DNA of 64,000 nt, taken from positions 2,170,001 to 2,234,000 of the forward strand of contig NC_043006.1 in NCBI RefSeq assembly GCF_006345805.1, read 5' to 3'. Below are positions 24,137-36,273 of the stretch, piece after piece. The stretch comes from Octopus sinensis. Taxonomy: Eukaryota. Position 1 is the stretch's first letter. Every line of letters starts with the position of its first letter. The position numbers were made by a program, and so were the translations under genes. The notes under the pieces are model-generated. The model was not told where the DNA came from, did no database searches, and saw only the letters and a program-made list of their open reading frames with translations.

Positions 24137-24677
24137 CCTACCTATCTATCTATCCATCTATCCACTAGTCACCAACTATTACTGTCATTCTCGTTCCATA
24201 TTCCTTTTATGCCTGCTTTCCCAGACCAGCATCGGCTGTGTGGGTCATCATGGTTCGAATCAGTTCTCATTCACAGTTTCTACTGTCCAACATTGGCCAG
24301 GGACCACACCTCACCCCCACATTCAGTTCCCACAGCTTGATGCTCTTCCTATCACCAACCACTTTACAGAGTGTACCAGGAGCAATTTATTGTGGAACCG
24401 GCACCTGAGATGTTATCTTGAGATGTTACCTCATTCCTGGCATCCCTAAGGAGAGTCCCTTTTTCCTTGCCTTGTCTCCCTTCATTCTTTTCTGTCCCAC
24501 ATGAGTTGGTGTTAAGAAAGTTAGAGTTAGAAAGAGGTGATACGAGAATGAAAGAAGAGAAGCAGTGGGAGAGGAGCAAGGGGATGTTAGAGGGGAGAGT
24601 AATAAGAGAGAGAGAGAAAGGAAGAGAGAGGAGGGCAGAGGTTTGTTGGTGAGGGGATTGAATAAAAGGAGCTAAAT

Positions 24678-24912
24678 GGGCACAGGAGTGGCTGCGTGGT
24701 AAGAAGCTTGCTTCCCAACCACATGGTTCCAGGTTCAATCCCACTGCATGGCACCTTGGGTAAGTGTGGTAAGAAGCTTGCTTCCCAACCACATGGTTCT
24801 GGGTTCAGTCCCACTGCATGGCACTTTGGGCAAGTGTCTTCTACTGCAGCCTCAGGCCAACCAAAGCCTTGTGAGTGAATTTGGTAGATGGAAACTGAAA
24901 GAAGCCCATTAG
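24678..24912 (+). mobile_element. SINE family A 5' part with a duplicated tRNA-like head
   Basis: 70-bp unit gtggtaagaagcttgcttcccaaccacatgg... at 24696 and 24766. Confidence 0.9.
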
Positions 24913-24954
24913 GATCACAACATATAGGTACACTGTGACACAATTTCTTTTCTT

Positions 24955-25135
24955 CAACAGGCCCTGCTCTGTATAACATTGTCCCAAAACTGATCAAAGA
25001 GGAAAAGGAACCCATCACCTTTAAACAGAGTTTGAATAGATTCCTTCAAGGAATACCAGATAAGCCACTTATACCTGGATACAACTCACTCAACAAGAAC
25101 TCACTACTTGAATGGACCATAAACAAAACTTGACT
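24955..25135 (+). pseudogene. CR1-type LINE ORF2 C-terminal fragment
   Basis: LYNIVPKLIKEEKEPITFKQSLNRFLQGIPDKP..GYNSLNKNSLLEW matches the CR1 end pattern LFN.LP..FK..LD.FL..PD.P..NSL. Confidence 0.75.
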
Positions 25136-25671
25136 TAAAAAGGATTTAGATAATCCTATCAGGTGGTGCTGTTAAGTTAGACATGGCCTGGACCAATCTT
25201 TGTTTGAAACATATCTAAGTTTTATATATGTGTATGTATGTATTCAGCAAAAGAGACCGATCGAATAAGTACTAGGCTTACAAAGAATAAGTGCTGGGGT
25301 CAATTTGTTCGACTAAATGTGGTGCTCCAGCATGGGCACAGTCAAATGACTGAAACAAATAAAGAAAAAAAAAATGTAATAAGGGAAGTGATAGTGATAG
25401 AAAAGGGTGTTGTAGGGGTGAGAGTGATGTGGGGGAGAGAAAGAGAGAGAGAGATGAATGTGAAAAATAAGTCATAAAGGATGGAATAATGTGAATGAGA
25501 GTGAGGATTAACATGATGTTGAGTCCTAGTAATGGATTAGGAGTGATGGATACGAAGATTAGGGAGCAAGAGTGTGAAGGTTAACAAGGCTGATGGTAGA
25601 GGAGGATAAGCATACACTCCCCCCCACACACACACCATACCATTATATTTGAGTGGAGGCTACCTTGTTGA

Positions 25672-25922
25672 TGTATTATTACCTCCACCTTAGCGACAGC
25701 AGAGGTATTGTTTTCAGTTGTGTTTGTTTGTTTGTGGACAAAATATCTCAAGAACCGCTGGATGAAATCGGATGAAACTTTCAGGAAGTTTTGGCCTTGT
25801 AATTGGCATGAACTGATTCGATTTTGAGATCGATCCTGTACCGGACAAGGATTCTGGATTGTTTTTCCTGCTTTTTTGCTAAATTTTTGAGAGCGGTTGG
25901 GTTCATGAGTGTGTGTGTGAGA

Positions 25923-25981
<59 letters not shown>

Positions 25982-26040
25982 TGTGTGTGAGTGTGTGTGT
26001 GTGTATACATGTGTTAAAAAATCTTAATGTGTCTTTCCAT
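25672..26040 (+). mobile_element. Helentron/DINE-like non-autonomous element fragment
   Basis: ttattacctcc...gaggtattgttttc..(TTTG)n..ggatgaaatcggatgaaactttcag layout typical of HINE/DINE-1-like repeats; recognised by pattern only. Confidence 0.5.
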
Positions 26041-26385
26041 ATGTTTCTTAATGACATTTAACCCCTTGTAAAGTATGGCAATTGTAAATGGAAGTAGCAT
26101 CGTTCCTTGTAACCCCTGGTGAAAGTTTCATACATTTTGTATTACTTCAAGTCGTTGCGGCTAATAAAGAAAAGAATAGTATTGTTGTTGTTGTTGTTGT
26201 TGGTAGTAGTAGTAGTAGTAGCAGCAGCAGCAACATTATAGTTGATTCTTATATTATGAAGACATCATTTTTCTCCTCTCTAACAGACACGAATTATTCA
26301 AGCATTATCAAATGAAATTTTCTGTAGAGTTCTCATGAAAAAAAAAAAAATTCCCAAACCAAACAAACAAAAAAACTGTTATTAC

Positions 26386-26409
26386 CTGAGGAAAACCTTC
26401 TGCTAATAC
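26386..26409 (-). CDS. Candidate 24-nt symmetric microexon (VLAEGFPQ, phase 0 to 0)
   Basis: Acceptor tttttgtcttatcaccag|, donor CAG|GTAATA; in phase with exon 23039-23156. Confidence 0.45.
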
Positions 26410-26879
26410 CTGGTGATAAGACAAAAATGGTTTGTTTTACAATCTTTTAAATAAATCGTTGTTCAACCACTTTGCATTTTCGCATCCAGAATGATTACCA
26501 AACACACTTCTGCTACCCGAGTGAACACTGTCACAGCAAACGGGAAAAAAATAAAAGAAACAAACCAACACAAAACGAAAATACAAAAAGGAGGAAAAGA
26601 ATAGTTTAATGCACAATTAATAGATAAAAATAAAAAGATCCCAAGCAACTCAAAGAAGTAGTTTTGATGGTAGCGTTGGCAGCAACAACAACCACAGTAG
26701 AGGCAACTCAGGCATGAAATCAAACGCTATAATCCACTGATATAGTAGTTGTATCAAAGTGAACCATCCGTTAACATAAATTGAACAAACAGAATTTTTA
26801 GATCTGTTGCAGTAAAAAAAAAAACATGGTTGAGAGAAGAAAATTTTCATAAAAACCACACCAAAGCAGATCTCAGTGG

Positions 26880-27055
26880 TGATGGTGCTGTGCAAAAAGC
26901 ACCCAGTCTATTGTGTAGAGTGGTTGGGTGTTTGTTAGGAAAAGCATCCAGCTGTTAAAAATCATGCCAAAGTAGTGCCTGGCACGGTCTTCTCGCTTAC
27001 CGGCTCCTGGCAAAGCATCCAACCCATGCCAGCATGGAAGACAGATATTAAATGA
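26880..27055 (+). mobile_element. RTE LINE 3' end with (GAT)n tail
   Basis: ttaggaaaagcatccagctg...aacccatgccagcatggaag..ttaaatgatgat. Confidence 0.82.
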
Positions 27056-28294
27056 TGATGATGGTGATGATGATGATGACGACGACGATGACGATGATGA
27101 CAATGATGATTATGATGATGAAACAGCATTTCTTAGTCATAGAATCTAATCCAGGCAAGAACAAACAGTCCAAGCTGTGAGGTAAGAAGTTTGCTTCCCA
27201 ACCACATGGCTCTGGGTTCGAACCCATTGCATGGCACCCAGGGCAAGAATCTTCTACAACAGGCTCAGACCAATGAAAGATTTGTGAGTGGATTTGGTAG
27301 AGAGAAACTGAAAGAAGCGCATCATATATATGCATACACATACACACATTTATATATATATATATATATATATATATCTGTGAAAACCTATGAGAATTAC
27401 TGAATGCAGTTTTTGAAGTATGCAGGTGATTTCTTTTTAAAATTATTTTTAAAGAAATGCTATGAAACCTTTTTTTGAGAAGTTTTTTCCTAGTGTGTGA
27501 GTGCTTTCAGTTTATATATACATATATATGTATACACAGTTAGATAGAGCCATAGTCTCTCTCTCTCTCTTTCTCTATGTATACAAATATATCTGATGTG
27601 TGTGTGTGTTGTGTCTATGTCCTTGTGTCTGTGTTTGTTCCCTAACACTGCTTAACAACCAGTGTTAGTGAGTTTACATACCTGTAACTTAGTAGTTCAG
27701 CAAAAGAGACAGATAGAATAAGTAATAGGGTTACAAAAAAAAAAAAAGAAATACTGAAGTCAATTCATAAAGATGTCCGTAGTCTAACGACTGAAATAAG
27801 CAAAATATCAAAGTCCCAAAATGAATCGAAGTTTGTCAAATCTACCCTCCTGACATGAAGTTCAAATACTTGAAGATGTCTTCAGAGAAGTTTCCTCAAC
27901 TGAAATTAATGGGAGAGATTTTGGCACTATCTACTGTACTGTTAAAACTGAAGACTCACCCCAAATACAGGCTGAAATTGTCAGATGTGTCTCTGACTGT
28001 ACATTCGTGTTCCAGTACATGGGTAAAATAAATGCAAGAGTTATGACAAGAGACATCGGAAACAATGCAGATCCATAGCTAGTTGTGGTTCTATTTGTTT
28101 TTTTTATCACAAAATGGACAGGTAGTTAAAGCAGTGTTGACAAAAATGACAGGTGGGAATTTTTCTTGTTTGATTTTTTTTCCCGTTTCATTGTTTTTTT
28201 TTTTCTGCATTCTTTTGCATATATGCCTACATCTAACACCATATTGTACTGTCCAGTAGTATCCTTCGTCTTTGAGTCAATGAAAGAAATCAAC

Positions 28295-28382
28295 AATCAT
28301 CATCATCATCATCTTAGTCATCTTCATCATCATCATCATTATCATCATCATCATCGTCATTGTCATCATCATCGTCATCATA

Positions 28383-28417
<35 letters not shown>

Positions 28418-28492
28418 ATTCATCTTCATCATCATTATCATCATCATCATCGTCATCGTCATCGTCGTCATCGTCATCATCGTCATCATCAT
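28295..28492. repeat. (CAT)n imperfect microsatellite
   Basis: Direct reading; source of poly-His ORF 28166..28585. Confidence 0.95.
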
Positions 28493-28496
28493 TATG

Positions 28497-28700
28497 GTGA
28501 CAAACTCACAGAGTTGTTAGCACAGCAGACAAAACACTTAGCGGCCTTTCACGAGTCTTTACGTTCTGGGTTCAAATTCTGCTGAAGTTGACTTTGCCTT
28601 TCATCCTTTCGGGGTCATTGAAATAAGTACCAGTTAAGCACTGGGGTCGATTTAAACGACTAACCCTGAAATTACTGGCCTTGTGCCAAGATTTGAAACC
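28497..28700 (+). mobile_element. SINE family C (tail type 2)
   Basis: gttcaaattc..gttgactttgcctttcatcctttcggggtc..ggccttgtgccaagatttgaaac; shares head with 9731-9965. Confidence 0.85.
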
Positions 28701-28781
28701 ATTATTGTGTGTATATATATATATGCGCATCACAGTGCATACATATGTGCACACATTTTATGTGTGTGCATATATATATGT

Positions 28782-29078
28782 GGAGGCACAATGGCCCAGT
28801 GGTTAGGGCAGTGGACTCGCGGTCGGAGGATCGCGGTTTCGATTCCCAGACTGGGCGTTGTGTGTGTTTATTGAGCAAAAACACCTAAAAGCTCCATGAG
28901 GCTCCGGCAGGGGGTGGTGATGACCCCTGTTGTACTCTTTCGCCATAACTTTCTCTCACTCTCTCTTCCTATTTCTTGAGTAACGCTGCGATGGTGTCCC
29001 ATCCAGCTGGGGGGAACACATATGCCACAGAAACCAGGTAACCGGGCCATGAGCCTGGCTAGGCTTGAAAAGGGCGAC
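28782..29078 (+). mobile_element. Full-length tRNA-derived SINE, working family B, followed by (TAA)n
   Basis: A box tggcccagtggt, B box gtttcgattccc, tRNA-Arg-like head; homologous minus copies at 42522-42825 and 47765-48062. Confidence 0.92.
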
Positions 29079-29085
29079 ATATATC

Positions 29086-29151
<66 letters not shown>

Positions 29152-29164
29152 TAATAATAAATGG

Positions 29165-29833
29165 CAAGTTTGTGTGTTTGCGAATTTGTAACTTGAACTG
29201 CTCTGAGGCTATCCGACAGACCTTGATAAAGCTTGACACATGTGTGGGGCTTATACCCATACAGTCATTACGCACTTGGAATTTTTTAAAAATCGATTTT
29301 TAATTAGCATTGATTTTTCAAAATTCGTAAAATTTCGGCATTTTTCGCACTAGCCATCAAGACATCAATTTGACAAAAATGCTGGAAATTTGACAGGAAA
29401 TGTTTCATGGGTATAAACAGACAGCTTATTAATGGTAATCTATTTAGCATTTCTAGTTCTTCATTTCAATGCGAAGTGTTTTGATTTGCTAAAACTTATT
29501 ACTTCAATTCGTTCTTTTTTACTTCCCTGGCGTTTCAGACTTTGATTAGGTAAAACCATTTTATTTCTCAGACAAAATTTCGGCATTTTCTGCACTAATC
29601 TTTGGGACATCAATTTGACGAAAACTGCATAAAATTTTGCCAGTTTATGCACATGCACAAAGATGACGACAACATGAGTTCGCTACCAGACTCTGGCCAG
29701 CTTTTCATCAAATTGGTCTGACCCATTAATATAGATTTTAAATTTTTGAAAAATGTTGAAATTTGATGAAAAATGCTTCATAGCTATCAACAGACATCTT
29801 ATTAAAGGTAACTTTTGACCGGGTACCTCAAGC

Positions 29834-29835
<2 letters not shown>
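29165..29835 (+). mobile_element. Probable Helitron/Helentron-type non-autonomous element with an internal ~65-bp direct repeat
   Basis: aaaatttcggcatttt..gcacta..gacatcaatttgac repeated near 29330 and 29575; 3' end accgggtacctcaagc. Confidence 0.4.
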
Positions 29836-29878
<43 letters not shown>

Positions 29879-30456
29879 TGCGTGTGTGTTTGTGCGTGTG
29901 TGTAGGTATAGGATACAGGTGCAGCTAAGTAGTTAAGATGCTGACTTTACAGTTATGAGATCCCAGGTCCAATTCCACTGAGGAGCATCTTGGGAAAATG
30001 CTATTTTTTTTATTAGCGTTGGGTGGATCCATGCTTTATAAATGAAATTGTGTAGAAAGGAGACTGTATGGAAGCCCTGAAGGTGGATTGTAACTGTTGT
30101 AGTAAGGATTTTCTTTAATGTTTGAACATGATTTATTTGTTACATATGTAGGAAAGGTGTTCCTGAAATACAATTAATGGAAACAGAAAATTGACTGTAA
30201 TATGATATGCAGGGAAAGTGCCCGTTCGAAATTTAACACCTGGGCTGGTTTTTACCTGTCGAGTAATTATTCATGAGCATTGATATGTCTTCTTGTTCTT
30301 TGATTATCCATGATTTAATATGCAGCAATGAAAGCAGTTACAAGGAGAGACAACATCATCATCACCACCACCACCACCACCACCACCACCACCACCACCA
30401 CCACCACCACCACCACCACCACCATCATCATCATCACCACCACCTACACCACCACC

Positions 30457-30504
<48 letters not shown>

Positions 30505-30554
30505 TTCATCTTCATCTTCATCTTCATCATCATCATCTTCATCTTCATCATCAT

Positions 30555-30800
30555 CATCGTTTAACATCTGTTTTCCGTGCTGGCATGGGTTGGATGGTTT
30601 CACAGAAAACTGGTAAACTGGGAGCTGCACCAGGTTCCAATCTGATTTGGCAAGGTTTCTACAGCTGGATGCCCTTCCTAATGCCAACCACTCCAAGAGT
30701 GTAATAGGTGCTTTTTATGTGTCAGTCACGAAACACCAGCATCAACCACGACTATGATCTCAGTTGGCATGACAGGTCTTCTCCAAATATGGTAATGAGT
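30555..30800 (-). mobile_element. RTE LINE 3' end; tail expanded into (CAT/CAC/CTT)n at 30352-30557
   Basis: catcgtttaacatc...acagctggatgcccttcctaatgccaaccac. Confidence 0.85.
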
Positions 30801-31784
30801 GTGATTTCAAATCCACCCAAGATGCACTGAATGGCGAGAGTGGAGAATGTTACACCAGTTCTGTTGTCTGTGACACTTTGTGAAATTGCTGGCTTTATTG
30901 ACTGTATTTATATGCTGTGTTCATGGAAAGTTCCAGACAGGATACCAAACTATCACGTGGACAGCAGTTGTTGATTGGATAAACAGTCTTGGTCGAACTC
31001 TCACATTCAAACTATAATTGAATCTTGGTTTGAGATTTGTATGTGGCAAAACACCAGATCAAATCCAGAGCTACCCTGCAATTTAAATGTCCAGCTTTGT
31101 CATACTATATCACACACCAAACCTACCTCAGAATTATATTAAGGCTACAGGTGTTTGTGGAATACTCAGCCACTTATGTGATAATTCAAGGAGTCAACAT
31201 CTCAGTTGATTTAACAACCAGAATAGTCACCATCCAAGTTGACTGAGATCCATTTACATAATTTTCTTTTCATGTTTGCATGTGTGCATGCATGTGTGTG
31301 TGTGTGTGTGTGTGTGCATGCCTGTGTGTGCATGCCTGTGTGTGTGTGTGTGTGTGCATGCCTGTGTGTGTGTGCATGCATGTGTGTGTACATGTGTGAG
31401 TGTGTGTGTACAACTGAAAATATTTTTATTATGCAATAAAAAAATAACAAGGATAATGATTAAAAGGAAAAAAAGAGGAAAAAATTAAATCGAAAATATA
31501 TTTTTTTTCGTTTTTCTTAAAAAAAAAGTCTTTTCATGTGGCTCAGAGGTTAAGCATGGTTTCTGGTTTATTTGCTTTAGATTTCTACTTTCATCTATGA
31601 AATAATCAAATATATCATTTACACCACCGTTATATATATATGTATGTGTGTGTGTGTGTGTGTGTATATATGTGTATATATACATACACATATATATAGA
31701 GAGATAGAAAGATAGATAAATAGAAAGCTAACTACCTAGATAGATATACATATATACATATAAACACACACACACACCACACAT

Positions 31785-31825
<41 letters not shown>

Positions 31826-31915
31826 CATATATATATATATATATATAACAATGATAAATATCAAAGTGAGTTATATACAGTAGCGGTAACATGTATATAT
31901 GTATATGTATGTATG

Positions 31916-31947
<32 letters not shown>

Positions 31948-32047
31948 TATAAGTGTATATCTATCTAACTATCTATAATATATCATATGTGTGTGTCAAT
32001 ATATATATGTATATTTAATATACATATTTATGCATACACACACACAC

Positions 32048-32079
<32 letters not shown>

Positions 32080-32559
32080 AAAAACAGTTATATGAAAGAA
32101 ATACATAATCATAGCTGAAAGGTGAACACATAGCTAGATCGGGATTTGATAGAGATGAAAGCGGCTTCAGCCTTAGCGTGTGTGTGTATATGTATGTATA
32201 TACACACACTGGTATATATATATAAATATATAAATATATAAATACATGTATATATATAAATATATATATATGTATATATATGTATATATACACACACACA
32301 TATACACGTGTGTTTGTATGTATGCATGTGTATATACACACGCACACACGCACACAAGCACTCACACAAGATTTGGTTCCACTTTATATATTCAGTAGGA
32401 ATTTTTAATGAACTGGAACTCGATGTATTGTGTTATGCCAATAATATCGGCCGAGTGTACCAGACTGAAGATAATGTCAGCAGCAAGCATCCACTTCTTT
32501 TTTGCTTCCCAAGGTCATCTCAGAGGATTTATGCTCAACTTGTTCATTACACACACACA

Positions 32560-32835
32560 CACACACGATTATATTGTGTATGTATGTGTATTCCATCCAT
32601 CCATCTATCTATCTACCTACCTACCTACCTACCTACCTACATGCCTATCTATCTATCTGTCTGTCTGTCTGTCCATCCACGTATGTATGTATGTATGTGT
32701 GTATGTATGTATGTATGCATGTATGTATGTATGTATGTATGTATGTATGCATGTATGTATGTATGTATGTGTATGTATGTATGTATGTATGCATGTATGT
32801 ATGTATGTGTATGTATGTATGTATGTATGCATGTA

Positions 32836-32867
<32 letters not shown>

Positions 32868-33077
32868 CATGCATGCATGCATGTATGTATGTATGTATGT
32901 GTATGTATGTATGTATGTATGCATGTATGTATGTATGTATGTGTATGTATGTATGTATGTACGTTCGTACGTACGTACGTATGTATGTACGTGTGTATGT
33001 ATGTGTGTATGTATGTATGCATGCATGCATGTATGTATATATGTATGTATCTGTGTCTCTCTACTCTCTCTCTCACT

Positions 33078-33110
<33 letters not shown>
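32560..33110. repeat. (TATG)n-dominated compound microsatellite
   Basis: Direct reading; explains ORFs 32308..33186, 32408..33256 and most of 32502..33404. Confidence 0.95.
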
Positions 33111-33113
<3 letters not shown>

Positions 33114-33924
33114 TTTTGCATGTACATATGCATACATACAGACAAACCAGATTCCATTTTCCCAAATTCAATTTTCAGGATTATAGCAGAGAATCATTCT
33201 GTTATTGTTCATGTAGCAGAGTGGGAACGAACATGGAAACACAACAATCCACATGAACATGAAGTTGGAGTGAAGCCCACCTGGGCTTCTGAGCCATTAA
33301 GCAACTCTGGGCACAAGGCTCTCCTCAGAATGCAAAGCTTGTCTGTCATAAGGTTTACCTGCAGATTGAAATACCTTGTTCCCACCTGCCACAGTTTTAG
33401 CTGAAGCAACAGAATGACTCAAGGGCTGAGAGTTTTGTGAGTTGGCGCTTATCAAACTAATTATGGATCAAAAGAACTGTGGATTTATATATCTGAAGAA
33501 AAATTATATTTCCCTGGATTATTCTAGAATCGATTTTAAAGACAATTACAAATAATTCATATTTTGCAAATAGTTATTTATACATTTGAGTCTGTTGAGA
33601 TACTTTGGAAGAATAACATGTTAATGACCTAACGATATGTCTCTTTTACTTTTTTACTCAGAAGAGATTCTGCCCCCAAAAATGTTTTAATTACTGGAAT
33701 TTAATTCTTTTGGGCAACATCGAAACAGCTGTAAGGGAACATGTTGAATTTTTGCAGTTAATAAATTGTATCAACACTACGTCTCCGTTTTCTGCATTTT
33801 TATACTTAAACATATTATTTCAGGAATATTACTATTCACAACAAAATAATAAGTAGTAAACCAGTAATTCATTGGATATTTTAATCTCTATTTATACTTA
33901 TATATCATCATCATCATCATCATC

Positions 33925-34290
33925 ATTTAATGTCCATTTTCCATGCTGGCATGGGTTGGATGGTTTCACTGAAAACTGGTAAGCTGGGGAACTGCACCAG
34001 GTTTAACCATACCATTCTGATTTGGCATGGTTTCTACAGCTAGTTGCTCTTCCTTATGCCAACCACTCCAAGAGCGTAGTAGGTGCTTTTATGAGCCACA
34101 GGTACAGGTTCCAGTTACGAAACACAGGTATTGGCTCTGACTACAATCTCACTTGGCTTGACAGGTCTTCCTAATCACAGTATATTGCCAAACGTCTCAG
34201 TCACTTGTCACTACCTCTGTGAAGCCCAATGTTTGAAGAGTATCTTTTATGTGCCAGATATGCCACACTGGCATCAGCCATGACTGAGTC
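33925..34290 (-). mobile_element. RTE LINE 3' UTR fragment
   Basis: Same tail and core motif as other copies. Confidence 0.8.
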
Positions 34291-34339
34291 TCTACATACA
34301 TATAGACTGATATATATATATATATATATATATATAACC

Positions 34340-34625
34340 TCGTGGCCTATGGCAGGGGTGTAACCAGCCCACTTATGCGTACCTTTTCCTTCTTTGGACA
34401 CTAAACTCTGCTTGTGAAGACCTGTTGAGGCAAGTGAAATCAAAATCAAAATCAAATTCGATGACTGGCATCCGTGCTAGCGGGGTGTAAAGAGCACCAT
34501 ACGAGTGTGATTGTTGACAGAGCAGCTAACCGGCTTCCATGCCAGTGGCACATAAAAGGGCACCAGTCGAGTGCGATCGTTACCAGCGTCGCCTTACTGG
34601 CACTCGTGCCTGTGCTAGTGAGATG
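34340..34625 (+). mobile_element. RTE LINE 3' UTR internal fragment
   Basis: Reverse complement of the gatttgatttg..cacttgcctcaacaggtcttcacaag segment at 20485-20530, plus repeat units. Confidence 0.7.
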
Positions 34626-35021
34626 CACCGAGATTTGTTGTATAGTTTCTAATCCACAACGGAGCAATGCAGGATGTGTCGGAATGATCGTTGTGATCAA
34701 TTAAGTTCCCCGTACATTCCACTTTCTTCAGAACCTAAAGACAGTGTGCCAACAGTTCTGACAGCTTTTCACTGAATAATTTAGGATTTATTTTTACTTG
34801 TTTCAGTCAGTTGACGGTGGCCTTGCTGGAGCATGGCCTTAAAGGGTTTTAGTCAAATAAATCAATCCCAGGACTTATTCTTTGTAAACCTAGTACTTAT
34901 TCTATTGGTCTCTTTTGCTGAACCACTAGATTACAGGGATGTAAACACACCAACATTGGTTGTCAAGCGATGGCAGGGGAACAAACTCAGACACACACAC
35001 ATAAATATATACAGCTCTCTG

Positions 35022-35200
35022 AATTTTCTCCATGCTATTCTCTTTCGAGCAATTATACTTTCAGAACAGCCTCCTCCACAGCTAATTAGGCAGCTTAGGC
35101 TACAGAAGTATCGAATACCACCAGGGAACCTCTTGTGCGTTCATGAAAATCTATTTTCTGTGTATCCTTGGTGTTTATTGCTGCTGTGCATCTGCCACAT
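35022..35200 (-). pseudogene. RTE RT fragment (after the PHD finger)
   Basis: CGRCTAAINTKDTQKID...GGGCSESIIARKRIAWRKFREL, homologous to ORF 60689..60937. Confidence 0.85.
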
Positions 35201-35486
35201 ATATCATTTATACTTTCTCTGTTATTTTCTTTCCTCTGGAAATAATATTCTTGGGCATGTTAGCCATTTCATCAAGAAAAGATTTAATGCATTTAGCATG
35301 CATTATTGGTATAAATTGCTAAAATGTTAGGTCATTGTCTTACATAGAAACACTTCCTGGCCAGTCCTGTAAAGGATCTTGTTTATGGATTAGTTTCCAA
35401 TTGGCTTTGGAAAAGTTCTAACATGAAAGAGTTTAAGTGTTTCTTGTAGAATGGACATATATGATCTTATAATGTATGGTCTCAGG

Positions 35487-35655
35487 CAATGCTGGATTTT
35501 GTATTGCGCTTCGGTGTGCTTAAGCACAGGGCCCCATTGACCAAAAAGGGTGGGCCCCTCTTCCTACCTACCCCAAATATTTTACGATGAATTTCCTGAG
35601 CATGTGAGCCTGACTGTCCAAGTAAGGGGCCTCATTTGTCCTAAATCCAACACTG
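35487..35655. mobile_element. 169-bp hAT-type MITE with 8-bp TSD
   Basis: TIRs CAATGCTGGATTT / AAATCCAACACTG; flanks gtctcagg / gtcccagg. Confidence 0.8.
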
Positions 35656-36029
35656 GTCCCAGGGTCCATGTATTGTAATTTCTAATAGGTTATAGTCTGA
35701 GAATGTTGTGGATGAGGTCCATGTTATTTGTGAGGTAGAAATCTAGCACATTCTTGAACTACATTGAGTGATGAATAATTTCTCTTTTAAACAGTGTATT
35801 ATATTGTTTCTGTTGAACTAATTTTTATTCAGCTGGCTAATTATCAACATCAGTAATTTTTCAGTCACTGTTTTCCTACGTTGGTGACAACAGATTTCTG
35901 CCTAAGCATGTGATTGCCAGTGGGTACATACTACTGACAAAGTCCAATAAGGCAGGAATGTGTAGCTAGCATTCCCACCTCCACTGCTAGACAATTTTCA
36001 TTTGCTACTGATATATTTGTGATATTTAA

Positions 36030-36237
36030 CACTCTTTTACTCTTTTACTTGTTTCAGTCATTTGACTGCGGCCTTGCTGGAGCACCACCTTTAGTTGAGA
36101 AAATCAACCCCAGGACTTGTTCATTGTAAGCCTAGTACACTTATTCTATCAATCTCTTTTGCTGAACCGCTAAGTTACGGGGATGTAAACACCAGCATCA
36201 GTTGTCAAACGATGTTGGGGGGACAAACACAGACACA

Positions 36238-36273
<36 letters not shown>

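Noticed and set aside
27960-27971. 12-nt minus microexon (PVFG) with perfect GG|GTGAGT donor
   Set aside because: Phase fits, but 12 nt with a short pyrimidine tract is too easy to find by chance, and it conflicts with the plus-strand candidate.
28782-28860. tRNA genes at the SINE heads (also 36781-36850)
   Set aside because: A and B boxes are present but the acceptor stem does not close and the sequence continues into multi-copy SINE bodies.
30040-30300. Minus-strand exon candidates near 30162 and 30255, including an apparent terminal exon with AATAAA
   Set aside because: Phases do not chain to the downstream exons, and the stop and poly(A) signal fall inside an antisense SINE relic.
32420-32470. 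LCYANNI as a decayed RT YADD motif
   Set aside because: No neighbouring RT motifs support it.
32308-33404. Long ORFs of 282-300 aa and the many YI/HT/CV/MYVC/poly-H/D/T ORFs throughout the window
   Set aside because: They are translations of di-, tri- and tetranucleotide microsatellites that lack stops in most frames; no protein-like complexity.
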